A stretch of 64,000 nt of DNA from Octopus sinensis (lineage: Eukaryota), in assembly GCF_006345805.1 (NCBI RefSeq), contig NC_043005.1, positions 86,428,001 through 86,492,000 on the forward strand. Direction: 5' to 3'. A program made the position numbers and the translations under genes. The notes below the pieces were generated by a model that was not told the origin of the DNA, searched no databases, and saw nothing but the letters and a program-made list of their open reading frames with translations. This document shows, piece by piece, positions 51,286 through 64,000 of the stretch. Numbering within the stretch: the first letter of the stretch is position 1; each line of letters starts with the position of its first letter.

Positions 51286-53419
51286 TATATCATTTGACAA
51301 GTCTCGGGGTAACTATTAGCTAACCCTTTTATATATATAGCGAATCTAGCAGATTCAGAAAACCGTAGCTACTATTTTGCACGGTACAAGTGCTTACACT
51401 TTATTTGATATCAGCCGTCTGTCAACGGGATTCCATTTCACACAATATCAATGTATGAGACAATATGTGTAAAACTACGCAATAAGCATACAAATATGTG
51501 AAATATATCTCTTTAATTTGAAAAATGAGATCAACAGCCTTAGTATTTTTTTATTTTATTTCGGCCGTTATTGGTGTTTCCTCAAACTTTTCTACATTTC
51601 ACTAATTCCAGAGGTACATGTAGACAATCCTTTAAAATGTATGTCAAATCTAGTAACCTCAAAGAACGGAAAAAATCAATTTGCGTTTCACTATCAGATA
51701 CCGCTTTATTTAATATCACATAAACGTCAACAGGAAACCCAGTCTACATAATATCACATATTAAACTCTTGCGTAAGTTTACTTATGAAAACCAATACAG
51801 AAGAGATACAAATATGTGACATTTACCTCTTTCTACGTAGATTTAAGAAAATGGTTAACAGCCCTATTTGTTTTTGGTTCATTTACTATATTTTCATAGT
51901 TATTTGTATTTTATCTACAAAGACACACAAAACGTTCTTTTTTTAGTAATACTGAGCGTGTTATATACATTGATCAGATGCTCAGCAATGCTCATGTAAA
52001 CTGCACGTCAATTATATGCCGAAGATATACCGGTAATTTTAACAATGGTGAGTATCCCTGTGATAAAATCAGAAATCAATAGAGTTATCACATAAAATCG
52101 ATTGTCTTTGTTAATCCTTATCTTTCATAATAATATTATGTTAATCCTTATTCTTTGTACGTCTGAAAAATATTGAAATTTATTTAAATTTCAAAATGCT
52201 GAACAAAATTTTGTATCGGAGGTTTGAAGCTACAAAAAACCCCATAAAATACAACGATAAAAGTATTTTTCATGTGGATAAAAATAACAAAAGAATTCAT
52301 CAGACAAACTCAGTATAAAAAACTTTTATGTTAGACCACGTCAAGTACGTTATCAGGTATAGGCTTTAAAACACCTTCTCTGAAGCCGCAATTCAGACAT
52401 ACATATGGACACTCTAATTTCCAGACATTAAACTATACAGCTTTTTTGCGACTCCTAATAAACATTCTCACTGACTGCGTTGGGAAATCACACAAATATA
52501 TTTAATACACACGGACAAACACCGACAAATTAACAAAATATCACATTAATTCCAAAATAATTAACTACAGCAGGCCCTTACGCAAGTTCATAGGACACAT
52601 AAAAAACACAAAACTGACATAAATAAACGTTCAGAAATAAGCATTCATATATATTCAAACGCAATGGTAGACGTATGATTGTTATATTTTGTTGCACAGA
52701 GGTTCACCTGTATAAAAACAAGAAGAAATTGAAATAAATCAATAGATATATACACACGCTTTCACAGATAATAGGTGTGAAAAAATGAAAAAGAGATTGT
52801 TTTATCATTAGGAATCTGCAAGAGAGACGGACACGTATATGTGGTGTTCAGAGACAGCCAGTTAGACTTAGATTGAACTTGAGGCTAACAGATAACATCA
52901 TATACTATTTTAATTGTATGTATACCAATACACAGACACACACATATTCTCCCGCTCTCTACCTTCCTATCTCGGTACATTTATGTACGCATATACTAAT
53001 ACATCTCTTTGTTGTCTACACCACCTGTCTTCGTGAATACTTCCCACCCCCGATATATATATATATATGTTTCTTAGATAATTATTTTTACGAGAACTTG
53101 AGATATGTTGTCACCTATTAAAAACTGTTCTCACATTGAACGCTTAAGTCGCAAAATACTTCTCAGATTTTTCTTCTTTTTTCAAGGGTTTTTCTCACTT
53201 CGCTGTAAGTTATTATGAGAAAATCTGTTTATTGGTGCAATCACTGTTTCTCAACACATACACTAACCATCTCTCTTGCTCTGTCTGTCTATCTGTCTGT
53301 GTGTCTGTCTGTATGTCTCTGATTCTTTCTGTCTCTTTCTGTCTTTAGCTCTCTCGCTCGCTCTCTCTCTCCCTCTCTCTCTCTCTCTCTCACACACACA
53401 TACACACGGACTCGAAGAC

Positions 53420-53683
53420 TGGGCCGATCAAAGATGTACGGGTGGAGTTGGAAGACGGAAACTGAAAAGAAGCCCGTCGTATGTGTGTGTATGTTTGTGT
53501 GTGTTTGTCTCCCACTTCCGCTTGAAAACCGGTGCTGTTATGTTTACGTCCCCGTGACATACAGTGAATAGACCGCTAGAATAAGTAACTGGGGGAAAAA
53601 ATAATTTCTGGAGTTAATTCATTCGACAATCAATTCTTTAATTCGGTGCCCCAACATGGACGCAGGCTAATAAATGAAGCAAG

Positions 53684-53734
<51 letters not shown>

Positions 53735-53809
53735 TACATACATTCTTATGTGTGTGTATGTGTGTAATGCATATATAAATATTATATATGTATTATATAT
53801 ATATGTACA

Positions 53810-53845
<36 letters not shown>

Positions 53846-54405
53846 TTTTCTACTCTAGGCACAATGCCTAAAATTTTGGAGGAGGAGGCCAGTCGATTAG
53901 ATTGACCTCAGTACGTAACTGGTACTTAATTTATCGACCTCGAAAGGATAGAAGGCAATGTCGACCTCGATGGAATTTGAACCTTGAACGTAACGACAGA
54001 CGAAATACGTCTAAGCCTTTTTTCTAAGGCTTAGGAATGGCTGGGTGGTAAGTAGTTGCTTACCAGCCACATTGTTCCGGGTTCAATCCGACTTCATGGC
54101 ACTTTGGCATGTGCCTTCTACTATAACCTCGGGCCGACCAAAGCCTTGTGAGTAGATGTGGCTGATGGAAAGTGAAAGGAGCTTGTCGTATATAGGCGTG
54201 TGTTTGTGTTTGTCCCGCACCATCGCTTGACAACCGATGTTGGTGTGCTTACGTCCCCGTAACCAAGCAGTTCGGCAAAAGGGACCGACAGAATAAGTAC
54301 TAGGCTTACAAAGAATACGACCTGTGGTCGACTTGTTCGGCTAAAAAGACGGTGCTCCAGCATGGCCGCAGTCAAACGACTGAAACAAGTAAAAGAATAA
54401 AAGGA
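53420..54405. mobile_element. SINE cluster: partial B (53420-53680 +), truncated A (53843-54017 -), full B (54028-54405 +)
   Basis: Family-diagnostic motifs as described for the other copies. Confidence 0.87.
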
Positions 54406-54783
54406 TAAAAGAATATATATCAAGAGAGAGAGAGAAAGAGTGGGGAGAGAAAGAAAAATGAATGGCTGCGTATTTAAGAAGCCCGCTCTGCAACCCTGTA
54501 TTTAGGAGTTGAGGCCAATTTCAAGGCATGTTGGACGAGTATGCCCTTGCATAGGCACGAGCAAAATAATGCAAAGTAAGTTGATTCGGAAGACAGAAAT
54601 TGTTGAAATATACGTTGCGCTTCAAATTATTAACGACGAAACTTTTTTTTATTATTTAAAAACTATTCGTTGGAATTTCCACAGAATGATAACAACAGCT
54701 GTATGCACGTGCAGTGTGAAAAACGTGAGGTCTTGCGCAAGTGTAGACAAACCGCGGCCATCTGCATGATCTCCACGAACTTA

Positions 54784-55400
54784 CAGTGTTCTAAATTAAT
54801 AACGAGTGCTCTCATAATCGTGTAATTATGGGCCGTAAATGTAACTGAACTGCTTCAGAGAACACTGTTATTACTTCTAAACTTGAAAATGTAAATCAAC
54901 TTTGGAAATATCCAAAATAATAGGAAGATATCGCAAATCTGTGAAAAAATTTATTACAGCTCCTACGAAGAAACGTAAGAGAGCCGACAAGGATTATTCG
55001 AGGACTATTTCTCAACGATCTCTGTCACGAATTAAGCGTGAAGCTGTAAAAAATCCAGTCCTACAAGTGAAGTACATTGGCGAAACCACTGTGTCCAGAA
55101 CTACCCGATCTCATCTCCTGGAAAGGGTCGGTAAACCAGTGACATCATTTACAAGACCTCCACTATACAAAACACACACAAAATCGTCTGAAATGAGCAG
55201 AAAATAACATTAGGTTCGACTTTTCAAAAGATTTTGTTTACGTACGAAACTCGTGCTACCCTTGGCGGATCTGATTGTTGGAGTAAGGGAAGGGTTGTAA
55301 ATGGGCTAGATTGTCATCAACGCTTGAGACGCCAACGCAGGGTACAGGCATTATACATACTTTGGACAGGTTTTATTGCAGGTACAATCTCAATTTTCGT
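54784..55400 (+). mobile_element. Decayed Tc1-like transposon, 5' half
   Basis: TA|CAGTGTT terminus; MGRK..LEISKIIGRYRKSVKKF..RSLSRIKRE..VSRTTR..RPPL..KILFTYETRATLGGSDCWSKG..RLRRQ (HTH plus start of the DDE domain). Confidence 0.88.
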
Positions 55401-55825
55401 TTTCGTTGCTGTAGTTAGTACTCTGTAAGATTCCTAGATACTTATAGCTCTCTTCTTTCAATAATTTTAATGTCTGACCCCATGGTAATTGGATACCTTC
55501 GCTATTGACTACCTGTCCCCTTGTCATGAGTAATATTGCACACTTTATCTATGCCAAAAAATTATTATTATTGTTTTCCGATTGATTTGCATTTTACTTC
55601 ATCTTCCGAACGGGTCTGAACCAGAAACCTGAAGTCACGTATGGTATATATTGGATGGAGAGAAACCTCAGAATGTGGGCTAGCTAATGTCAACGCAGTC
55701 ATTTGAGTCTCTTATATCGTTGATTTCCCAGGGATCTGGTCACAAAAAGTTGTTACTACCTTCCTTGATCATTCACAGGGAAACTAAAGCAGCAGGGTTG
55801 GTTTAATTGCCAGGTTATTAATGTT

Positions 55826-55830
55826 ATTAA

Positions 55831-55923
<93 letters not shown>

Positions 55924-55948
55924 CGTTGTTGTTGTTGTTGTTGTTATT
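55826..55948. repeat. (ATT)n(GTT)n microsatellite
   Basis: Direct reading. Confidence 0.95.
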
Positions 55949-57054
55949 TGTTTCCTACTCTCCATGTGCCATTTCCCAGATATCAGCAAAAGTTAAATAA
56001 ATATAGGTGTCTTAGTGAAATCTAGATATATTTTGATATGCTATGGTGTAAAAAGAAAAACAGGAAAAAACAAGCAACCTAAATACAAAACTCGAAACTT
56101 AAAACACAATAATAACAACAACAACAACCACAACAACAATAACAGACAGAAATAAATGCCAAAAATGAAGTACAAAAACATTGAAAAATATACATGGAAA
56201 TCCACCTGAAGGTTTTGGCGGTGATTCTCATTTTTTAATTTTATTTTCGAAACTTCAATTATTAAAATATATTCTTTGATTTCAAGTTTAAAATAGATTT
56301 GTTTTAAATCCAAATTTTCCTGTTGATTGAATTACTTTCTTTCTTTTTACTGAATATTTACACTCCGAATATCATATTTGTCTCATTTGTTTTTATCTAT
56401 AGAATCGGTGTTTGTGATGTTGGTCTGCAGTTAGTATGTGTGTAATAGAATATTCTGATGCCGTGTTTGCTGCTATATGTGAATGTGAAGCGTCTGTAAG
56501 GAGCAATGTGTGTGAGTTGTACAATTATATTGTTTTTGATCTTGTACGTAATATAATTCAGTCAAACACACAAACGCACAAATACACCCACACGCATACA
56601 AATACAATAATACACACACATACACAAACACACACACACACAAACTATCAAATACGCAGCCGCAGACGCAAACACCTAAATTTTAACGTATACTTAAGAG
56701 GAGATTCAGAGGTAGTGTGTGTGAAAGAGAGAGAGAGAGTGAGAGGGAGAGAGAGAGTATGGGAATGATAGAAAGTGTGTAAGAGAGACAAAGAGATAGA
56801 AAGAGAGTGAGAGAGTGAGAAGAGATAAAGTTTAATAGGAATCTCATGATGTATGCGTAGAGAAAGATAGCTATATATGGAAATATATTTAGTTGTATAT
56901 TAGAGGCAACGTACCTATATAAGGTGCATATACATGTATGTGTGTGGGTGGGTGTGCCTGAATGTATATATCTATCTATGTATCTACTTTTCTATCTATC
57001 CATATATATATATATGTATATATGTATATATGTACATATATGTATATATATGTA

Positions 57055-57112
<58 letters not shown>

Positions 57113-57157
57113 CTGTGTGTATTCGTATACATGTACACACACACACACACACTTATA

Positions 57158-57240
57158 CGAGGAGTGCGAAAAAGCTTTTGGCTTTAAGGATTTCATGAAA
57201 GGCCTGATCGAGAGTCCAAACTTCCGAGTCTTTTAACAGG
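57158..57240 (+). mobile_element. Mariner-like terminal fragment
   Basis: TA|CGAGGAGTGCGAAAAAGCTTTTGGCTTTAAG resembles mariner TIRs; no partner end found. Confidence 0.55.
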
Positions 57241-57440
57241 ATTTAGAATAACTGAGGGGCTACCGCAATAGGTTTGTGAATCCGAGTGAGGAATTAGTTA
57301 AATAAAATCATTATAATTGAATAATTACTCTGAAGCATTGTATATTATATTGTATAAAAGATCGTGGTTAAGGCCAAAAGAATTCGAAGTAAATGCAAGG
57401 TAAATCACAAGAAAACAAATATATGAATTAATGTAGACTC

Positions 57441-57488
57441 ACCTTGTGATCAATATTTCGGTATTATAACACTATCATCAAGAAATTG
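57441..57488 (-). ncRNA. Decayed hammerhead downstream of the GIY-YIG ORF
   Basis: ttct-TTGATGA-t-agtgt-tata-atacc-GAAAT-ATTG-ATC-acaa. C3U change, AUC triplet. Confidence 0.55.
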
Positions 57489-57569
57489 ACGAATGTTGCC
57501 GATGTGCGTGCGTGGGAGCGTGTGTGGGTGGACATGAGCAGAAGGGTTGCCATAGCAACCAGCTACCTT

Positions 57570-57882
57570 CCTGTAGTTCCTTTTTATGGTTGATCTTGTG
57601 TTTCTTTTGATGTATGAGGATAGCTTCAGAGATTTTAATGTTGCTCCTGTTCCACTGTGTTGTGTTGATGTGCACTGTGAACTCATGAGTCTGGCATTTT
57701 CGTAGATGTTTCTTCACAGAAGTTTCTGCTTGTATGTGTTCCTTAGTGCGTACGTGCAGTTTTCTTATCGTGCTTCCGATGTAGGATGCGACACACTGGC
57801 CACAGATGATCTCATATACGACATATGTCCTCTGGCCTGATCGTCCTGTATTTTCTCTTACCAAAGCCAGGAACTTCACCCC
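57570..57882 (-). mobile_element. Penelope-like element GIY-YIG endonuclease fragment
   Basis: VVYEIICGQCVASYIGSTIRKLHVRTKEH...IKISEAILIHQKKHKIN matches the PLE pattern VVY.I.C..C...YIG.T.R.L..R..EH...EAI.I......N. Confidence 0.9.
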
Positions 57883-58769
57883 CTCGTGTGTGTGTGTGTA
57901 GATATGTATGTAAGTATGTAATGATAGGTAGGTATATATATAAGCATGTGTGTTAATGTCTATGTATATCTGTGTATGTCTATTTTCATATAAAGATGGC
58001 ATCGAAATGCCAGAGACGTTAACACGTTGGGTACTTGGTCTAATGTTCCGCAGTGTGATTTCTAATCATGCCCAGGTTACCTTTGCTTGTCGATAAATAA
58101 GGAACAGAGCAATTTCTGTTCAGAAATGAACTCCTAGAAATAGAAAGAGACTCGTTGCCGCATCATTTTCTCGGTGCTTTCAATTAAAATCCACCTTCAT
58201 CTCAATAAAAAAATCTGTGTTATATGTACGGAAGAATAATGTGCTACAGTAGTTCTGAAATTTCTTAATACGCGAGGAAGAACTGAAACCTGGAAATTTT
58301 GGGGACTGCTCCTACCAAAAAAAAAATAGTAATAAAATAGAATAAAATAAAAGAAGTAAACCACAAGTCAATTAAAACAATGAGTATTATATTTATAGCT
58401 GAAATCGAGTGTTGTATGCGGCTGTGGGGGCCGTGGTTGAGAACCGCTGATGTAGAGGTACAGTGCAAAACGTTTCACAATTTTTACTCATATTTTTATA
58501 TTTTCATTAAGATAAATCAGCCGCTGTTTTAAGCTGTCATAATATAATGTAGCAGCGTCTTGGATAGTAGCACTTGGATATCTGTGTTTTATGCAGCTCA
58601 TCATTAATTTAACGACATCTGTTTTATGCGCAACATTGCATGAATAATAAAAGCTGAAATAAATAATAATAATGCAGAGTGTTCTTATATACCATTTTTC
58701 TCCAACAAGAGACGTTTGAAAGTCATCGAAGAAGACGATGAATTGTGACAACATATACAATATACTATT

Positions 58770-59170
58770 TTATGTGTTTGAGATTAGGAATTATGAACAT
58801 TATATACAATGGACGGATAGGTGTTATCAACTTGTTTGTTGTTATCACAACGTTTCGGCTGACGTACCCTCCAGTCTTCATCAGGTGTTCTGGTAGAATT
58901 TCTAACGCAATTAATTTGACAAACGGGCACTCTCTTCTCATTTCCAAGGTATTCTTTTAATGCGGCTGTTATTTTTGTAGATATTATTTCCCGACAAAAA
59001 ATAACATCATCAAAAAAAAAACCCAGCTTACGTATGAGAATACAATACACCGATAGTCAAATAAAGGGTTGGGTTCGAAATTCCCCCAGAACACTCGAGG
59101 AAGGCTGGAAAGAACATCAGTCGAAAATTGGTAACAACAAACAAGGTATGGACACTTATTCATCAAGTGT
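58770..59170. mobile_element. Inverted pair of hammerhead-bearing PLE-type termini (same family as 23693-24115)
   Basis: Minus copy 58770-58955; decayed plus copy 59066-59165 (aacac-tcgagga-a-ggctg..cagtc-gaaaa..aacaacaaacaag). Confidence 0.82.
58844..58889 (-). ncRNA. Minimal type I hammerhead, intact core
   Basis: aacac-CTGATGA-a-gactg-gagggtacgt-cagcc-GAAAC-GTT-gtgat. Confidence 0.85.
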
Positions 59171-59286
59171 AGATAGACAATGGCTGTAGAAATTTCCACA
59201 TGGCTGAATACAGTGGACTGATACTTCTTCTGAAACGTGCAACGCTGTACTTTTCTGAAGAGGTGTCACTACTATATAAAATCTAC

Positions 59287-59940
59287 CAGCAGGAGTGGCT
59301 GCGCGGTTAGGAATCTGTTTTTCAGCGACATGCTTTCCAGGTTCACTCCCACAGCGTAGAACCTTGGGCAAGTGCCTTCTAATATAGGCCCGAACAGGAC
59401 CAAAGCTGTGAGTGAATTTAGCAGACGGAAACTGGAAGAAGCTCGTCATATATATATATATATATATATACGTGTGTGTGTGTGAGAGAGAGACAGAGAG
59501 AGAGAGTGTGTTTTCCATTCTGCCGGTGTTTGTCCCCTACTACCAATTTCTTTACTACCCACAAGGGACTAAACACAGAGAGGACAAACAAAGACAGACG
59601 AACGGATTAAGTCGATTATATCGACCCCAGTGCGTAACTGGTACATATTTAATCGACCCCGAAAGGATGAAAGGCAAAGTCGACCTCGGCGGAATTTGAA
59701 CTCGGAACGTAGCGGCAGACGAAATACTGCTAAGCATTTCGCCCGGCGTGCTAACGTTTCTGCCAGCTCGCCTAGTACCGGCTGACAACTGGTGTTGGTG
59801 TGCTTACATGCCCGTAGTTTAGCAGTTCGGCAACAAGGGGTGGGGGTTGATAGAAAAAGTACTGAGGTCAATTCGTACGTCTAAACCTCTTCAAGGTGCT
59901 GCACCAGCATGGCCGCAATCAAGTGACTGAAACAAGTAAC
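59287..59940. mobile_element. SINE family B (+) interrupted by SINE family A (-, 59545-59772)
   Basis: The B body resumes after the A insertion; imperfect TSD tactacc / tagtacc. Confidence 0.9.
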
Positions 59941-60013
59941 AGACAAAGATAAATGATATGTGCGTGTGTGTATGTATATATTTCACGAACATACACACCC
60001 GCTTTCACACACA

Positions 60014-60052
<39 letters not shown>

Positions 60053-60574
60053 CGTAAGTGTGCTTGTGTATTTATGTGTCTGTGTGTCTGTACGCATGAG
60101 TGTGCGTACGCGCGCGTGCATGAAAGTGCGTGTAATTGCAAAAAAAAAAAAGAAAATTCTTCGGCAGCATTCGAATATTATCGTTTCAAACTAAAATCAT
60201 ATCAATACATTTCCTTTTTTTATATACTTTTGTATCATATCTTTAATATATAACAGCCAAACGGTATACATAATGATACGTGTGAATATGTGAGTCATAC
60301 TAACAGTCTTGTGGAGCGTTTTGCGCTTTTCTGACTAAAATATTGTACGTCCAAGATTGCAGTCATATCTATAGGAAAGCTTAAGTGTTCGTGTGCATAT
60401 TTTTCAGTTATATTATGAATATATTTATATCAATCAAGCCGGACGTATGCACGGATGTATATATTTAAATATGTGTATATTTGTATATGTGTGCGTACAT
60501 TCATACAAATACATACATGAAGGGAGGTGTATATATGCATACTAAACCACGCTACCTATATATTTAAGCATCAT

Positions 60575-60610
<36 letters not shown>

Positions 60611-60616
<6 letters not shown>

Positions 60617-63502
60617 TATTAGAGACAAAACCACTATTTTGCAAAACAAACAAGGAAAGACTTAATCAATACATCATGCACACAATAAATACGTACAACC
60701 CCTCAATACACACTCATATACATACGTATCAAGCTCGACATCCACAGCAATACGCTTACACCCACTCACACCCAGATGGATGAATTGCACAACCAGGGAA
60801 CGCACACACACACGTGTGCGTATTTTGATTGTGCAACTCGCCCATATGCATGTATGCGGGCGCGATTACATTGTTGCACATATCGAGCCCAACTAGCATG
60901 CATATGTACCTGTGAGGGGGTACACGTACATGCCGTGCGCGTGTACCCCCTGCATTTATACCCGTGCGTGAATATACACATGGAGACTACCACACAGGTA
61001 CAAATGTGTATAGTAATGGGAGCCCCATCACTACACTCAATGTATACACTCACCCATCCGCACGGATTGAAAGAGAATCTCCGGTGTATATGTTGAGGCT
61101 TATATGTAGCGTTGTGGAGTTGAACGTCGTTGAAATTGTGAATGAATGGGTGGAGTTGGGAATTGTACCGGTGGTTGGTGGGCTAGCGTTGCTTGGAATT
61201 GGGAATGGAATAGTGTAGTAGTAAGGCAGGTATCGAGAATAGATTTGGGTTACTGCAAGTTGTTTGTTAGAGCTGCTAAGATGAGCTAAAGCTCATAATT
61301 GTATATAATAATTTATTATGGTAGTTTTATTAAAGAATCCATTCATAATAAATTTTTTTAAGTAGTGTTGGTTTGCCACGTGGATATAGTTTTTAGTTCC
61401 ATTTATTCTATTTCTCCATTCATAATTTTAAATGACGTTTACTTTCCATGGCGCGTATTCTTTTTTTACATAAGTTATATTTCTATGGTAACGTAATTTT
61501 GGTTTGGTTTTTTTAACGGCTAAGAATTTAATTTCACTTCATAATTTGAAACTGACTTGTAAGTATGTATTTTATTTCTCCTTATGTCATATTGTTAATT
61601 ACGATGTATTTAATGTTGTTTTTTATTGGAGTGTTTATGTATATGAGATTGTGTGTGAGTTTTTAGTTGTATAATTTATTTATCTGTATGAGTGTGGGTG
61701 TGTAAATATTGTTGTATATATCGAGTTTAGTGAGTATGTATATGCGTATATGTGAGGGAGTATATGTATCTGTTGTGTGTGTGTGTTTTGCGTGTGTGTG
61801 TGTGTTTGTGTGTGAATGTGTATATGGGTTTGTTATTTAGGTTTTGGGATGTATGTGTTAATTTGTCTGTGTGGGGAGGGAGTGGGTTTTTGGTGTATAT
61901 TGAGGTTTATAAGTTAGTATAGGTATGTGTATAAGTCGTGGGTCTGTGGTTTACGTGTGTGTTTTTTGTGTGTGAATGTTTAGGTTAGGGGGATTGCTAT
62001 ATAGGTTTGTTATAGAGTTTAGCAAGGGAGATTTTATCGTTATATGTTTTAAGAGTTTTGGTTTATCATGGGTTTTTTTAGGGAATTCGTGGTAATTTGT
62101 CTATTTTCGATGTTGGTTGTTTTATTACATTGTTTCATTCATAATTTTTGAGTGGTGTTCGTTTTGCCACGTGAATATTATTTTTAATTCCATTTATTCC
62201 ATTTCTCCATTCATTATTTTAAAAGATGTTCGTTTCCAGAGCGGTTATACTTTTTATACATATGTTAAGTTCCTTGGTAAAGTAATTTTGTTTGGTGTAT
62301 ATGTTGAGGCTTATATGTACTTGTGGGTGTGTGTGAGTGGGGTGGGTGTTTGTATTTGTATGGGTGTGTGGTTTACGTGTGTGTATTTGTGTGTGAATGT
62401 ATAGGTTAAAGGGATTGCTATATAAGTATGTTATAGTGTTTAGTAAAGGGAGGTTTTATCATTTATGTTTTGTGAGTTTTAGCTTATCATGGTAGTTTTA
62501 TAAAAGAATCCATTCATAATTTTTGTGTTTATTTGTCTGTGTGGGGTTGAGTGGGTTTTTGGAGTATATGTTGAGGTTTATATGTATGTATAGGTATGTG
62601 TAAGTGGTGTGGGTATTTGTATATGTCGTGGGTGTGTGGTTTACGTGTGTGTTTGTGTGTGAATGTTTAGGTTAGGGGGATTGCTATATAGGTATGTTAT
62701 AGAGTTTAGTAAAGGGAGATTTTATCAGTATATGTTTTTATGAGTTTTGGTTCATCATGGTAGGTTTGTAAGGAATCGTAGTAATTGTTGGTTCTCTTTG
62801 CGATGTCTGTTGTTTTATTGCATTGTTTCATTCATAATTTTTAAGTCGTGTTCGTTTTACCAAGTGAATATAATTTTTAATTCCATGTATTCCATTTCTC
62901 CGTTCATAATTTTAAGTGATGTCCGTTTTCTAGAGCGTGAATGAGGGTTGTATGTGTGTGTGTGTGTGGGAGTATGAATAAGTATTGTGTTGAAGTATTT
63001 AGCTATTTTATTTATAGTTGCCTAGACGTTTTTATGTGTATGTATAGGGATATATATATAGGGGTGTGATTTAGTGTATGTAGTTAGATATGGTTATATA
63101 TAATTAGGTATATGTGTATGGGTGTATATATAGTTAATTATTATATTATTATTATTTTTTTGTTTTGTTTTATATTTTATATTTTATATTTTATATTTTA
63201 TATTAATTGTTGATAGGTTATTTTAGTTTATATATTGTTTATATATTGATATATGGATTATATATAGGTTATATATGGATTATATATTTATATTTTTTCA
63301 TTCATACTTTAATTATTTTAAAATTATTATTTTTATATTTTAAAATATTGATATTTTAGATTGGAAGTCCACCTGAAGATGTCGATCAAGACAAGAAACA
63401 ATTGTAGTGGCGGTTTTTTTGACTATTTATTAAATTTTATGTATTGATTAAGTCTTTCCTTGTTTGTTTTGCAAAATAGTGGTTTTGTCTCTAATAATAT
63501 TT
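60611..63502. mobile_element. ~2.9-kb G/T-skewed composite bounded by identical 64-bp inverted PLE-type tails
   Basis: 60611-60674 is the exact reverse complement of 63439-63502. The interior has diverged tandem partial repeats. Confidence 0.75.
63369..63410 (+). ncRNA. Minimal type I hammerhead, near intact
   Basis: ccac-CTGAAGA-tgtc-gatcaa-gaca-a-GAAAC-AATT-GTA-gtgg. Stem I ccac/gtgg, ACAATTGT palindrome. Confidence 0.75.
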
Positions 63503-63584
63503 TATAATATTTTACTATAAAATTGGATTTAATCCTAAATCTGATTTTTCCCTGTAAATTTGGATTTATTCCCTAATATTTATT

Positions 63585-63943
63585 ATTATATATATATATA
63601 TAATTATATATATATATATTATATATATATATATTATATATATACATATATATAATATATATATATATGCTTATATATATATATGTATGTGTATATATGT
63701 ATATTTAGATATGTATACATATATATATATATGTATATATATAACATATATACATATATATATATTATATATACAATATATATATATGTATATATATATG
63801 TATATTATATATATAGATATGTATACATATATATATATATATTATATATATATAACATATATATACGTATATATATATCTGTATATATATATATGTATAT
63901 ATATATGTATATATATATATATATAGATATGTATACATATATA

Positions 63944-63986
<43 letters not shown>

Positions 63987-64000
63987 CATACATATATATA
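63585..64000. repeat. Degenerate (TA)n/(TATG) low-complexity tract
   Basis: Direct reading. Confidence 0.95.

Noticed and set aside
56200-56260. ccac-CTGAAGG...GAAAC candidate
   Set aside because: A9 absent; no stem I partner or NUH in register.

Overview
Strongly AT-rich, repeat-saturated eukaryotic DNA. The SINE families and the compound (TA)n/(CA)n/(TATG)n/(TATC)n microsatellites look like an octopus (coleoid cephalopod) genome; this is pattern recognition, not a database match. I find no host protein-coding exon I can defend, and almost all ORF-track entries are microsatellite or SINE artefacts. The window reads as intronic or intergenic DNA containing many tRNA-derived SINEs, decayed CR1-type and RTE LINE pieces, two Tc1-like transposase relics, MITE and Helitron-like ends, and a Penelope-like (PLE) GIY-YIG endonuclease relic. 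The main signal is hidden RNA structure: about 20 type I hammerhead-ribozyme (HHR) motifs or relics (CTGA[T/A]GA ... GAAA ... NUH, with stems I-III and palindromic minimal stem III) from several unrelated short-element families. Several have intact cores (8081-8171, 23773-23818, 29106-29194, 58844-58889). Many lie in inverted fold-back insertions or end in (TA)n tracts. One follows the GIY-YIG ORF, and one is fused behind a tRNA-derived Pol III head, which suggests a SINE-like element that carries a ribozyme and is mobilised by PLEs. All structures were folded by eye and none is experimentally confirmed.
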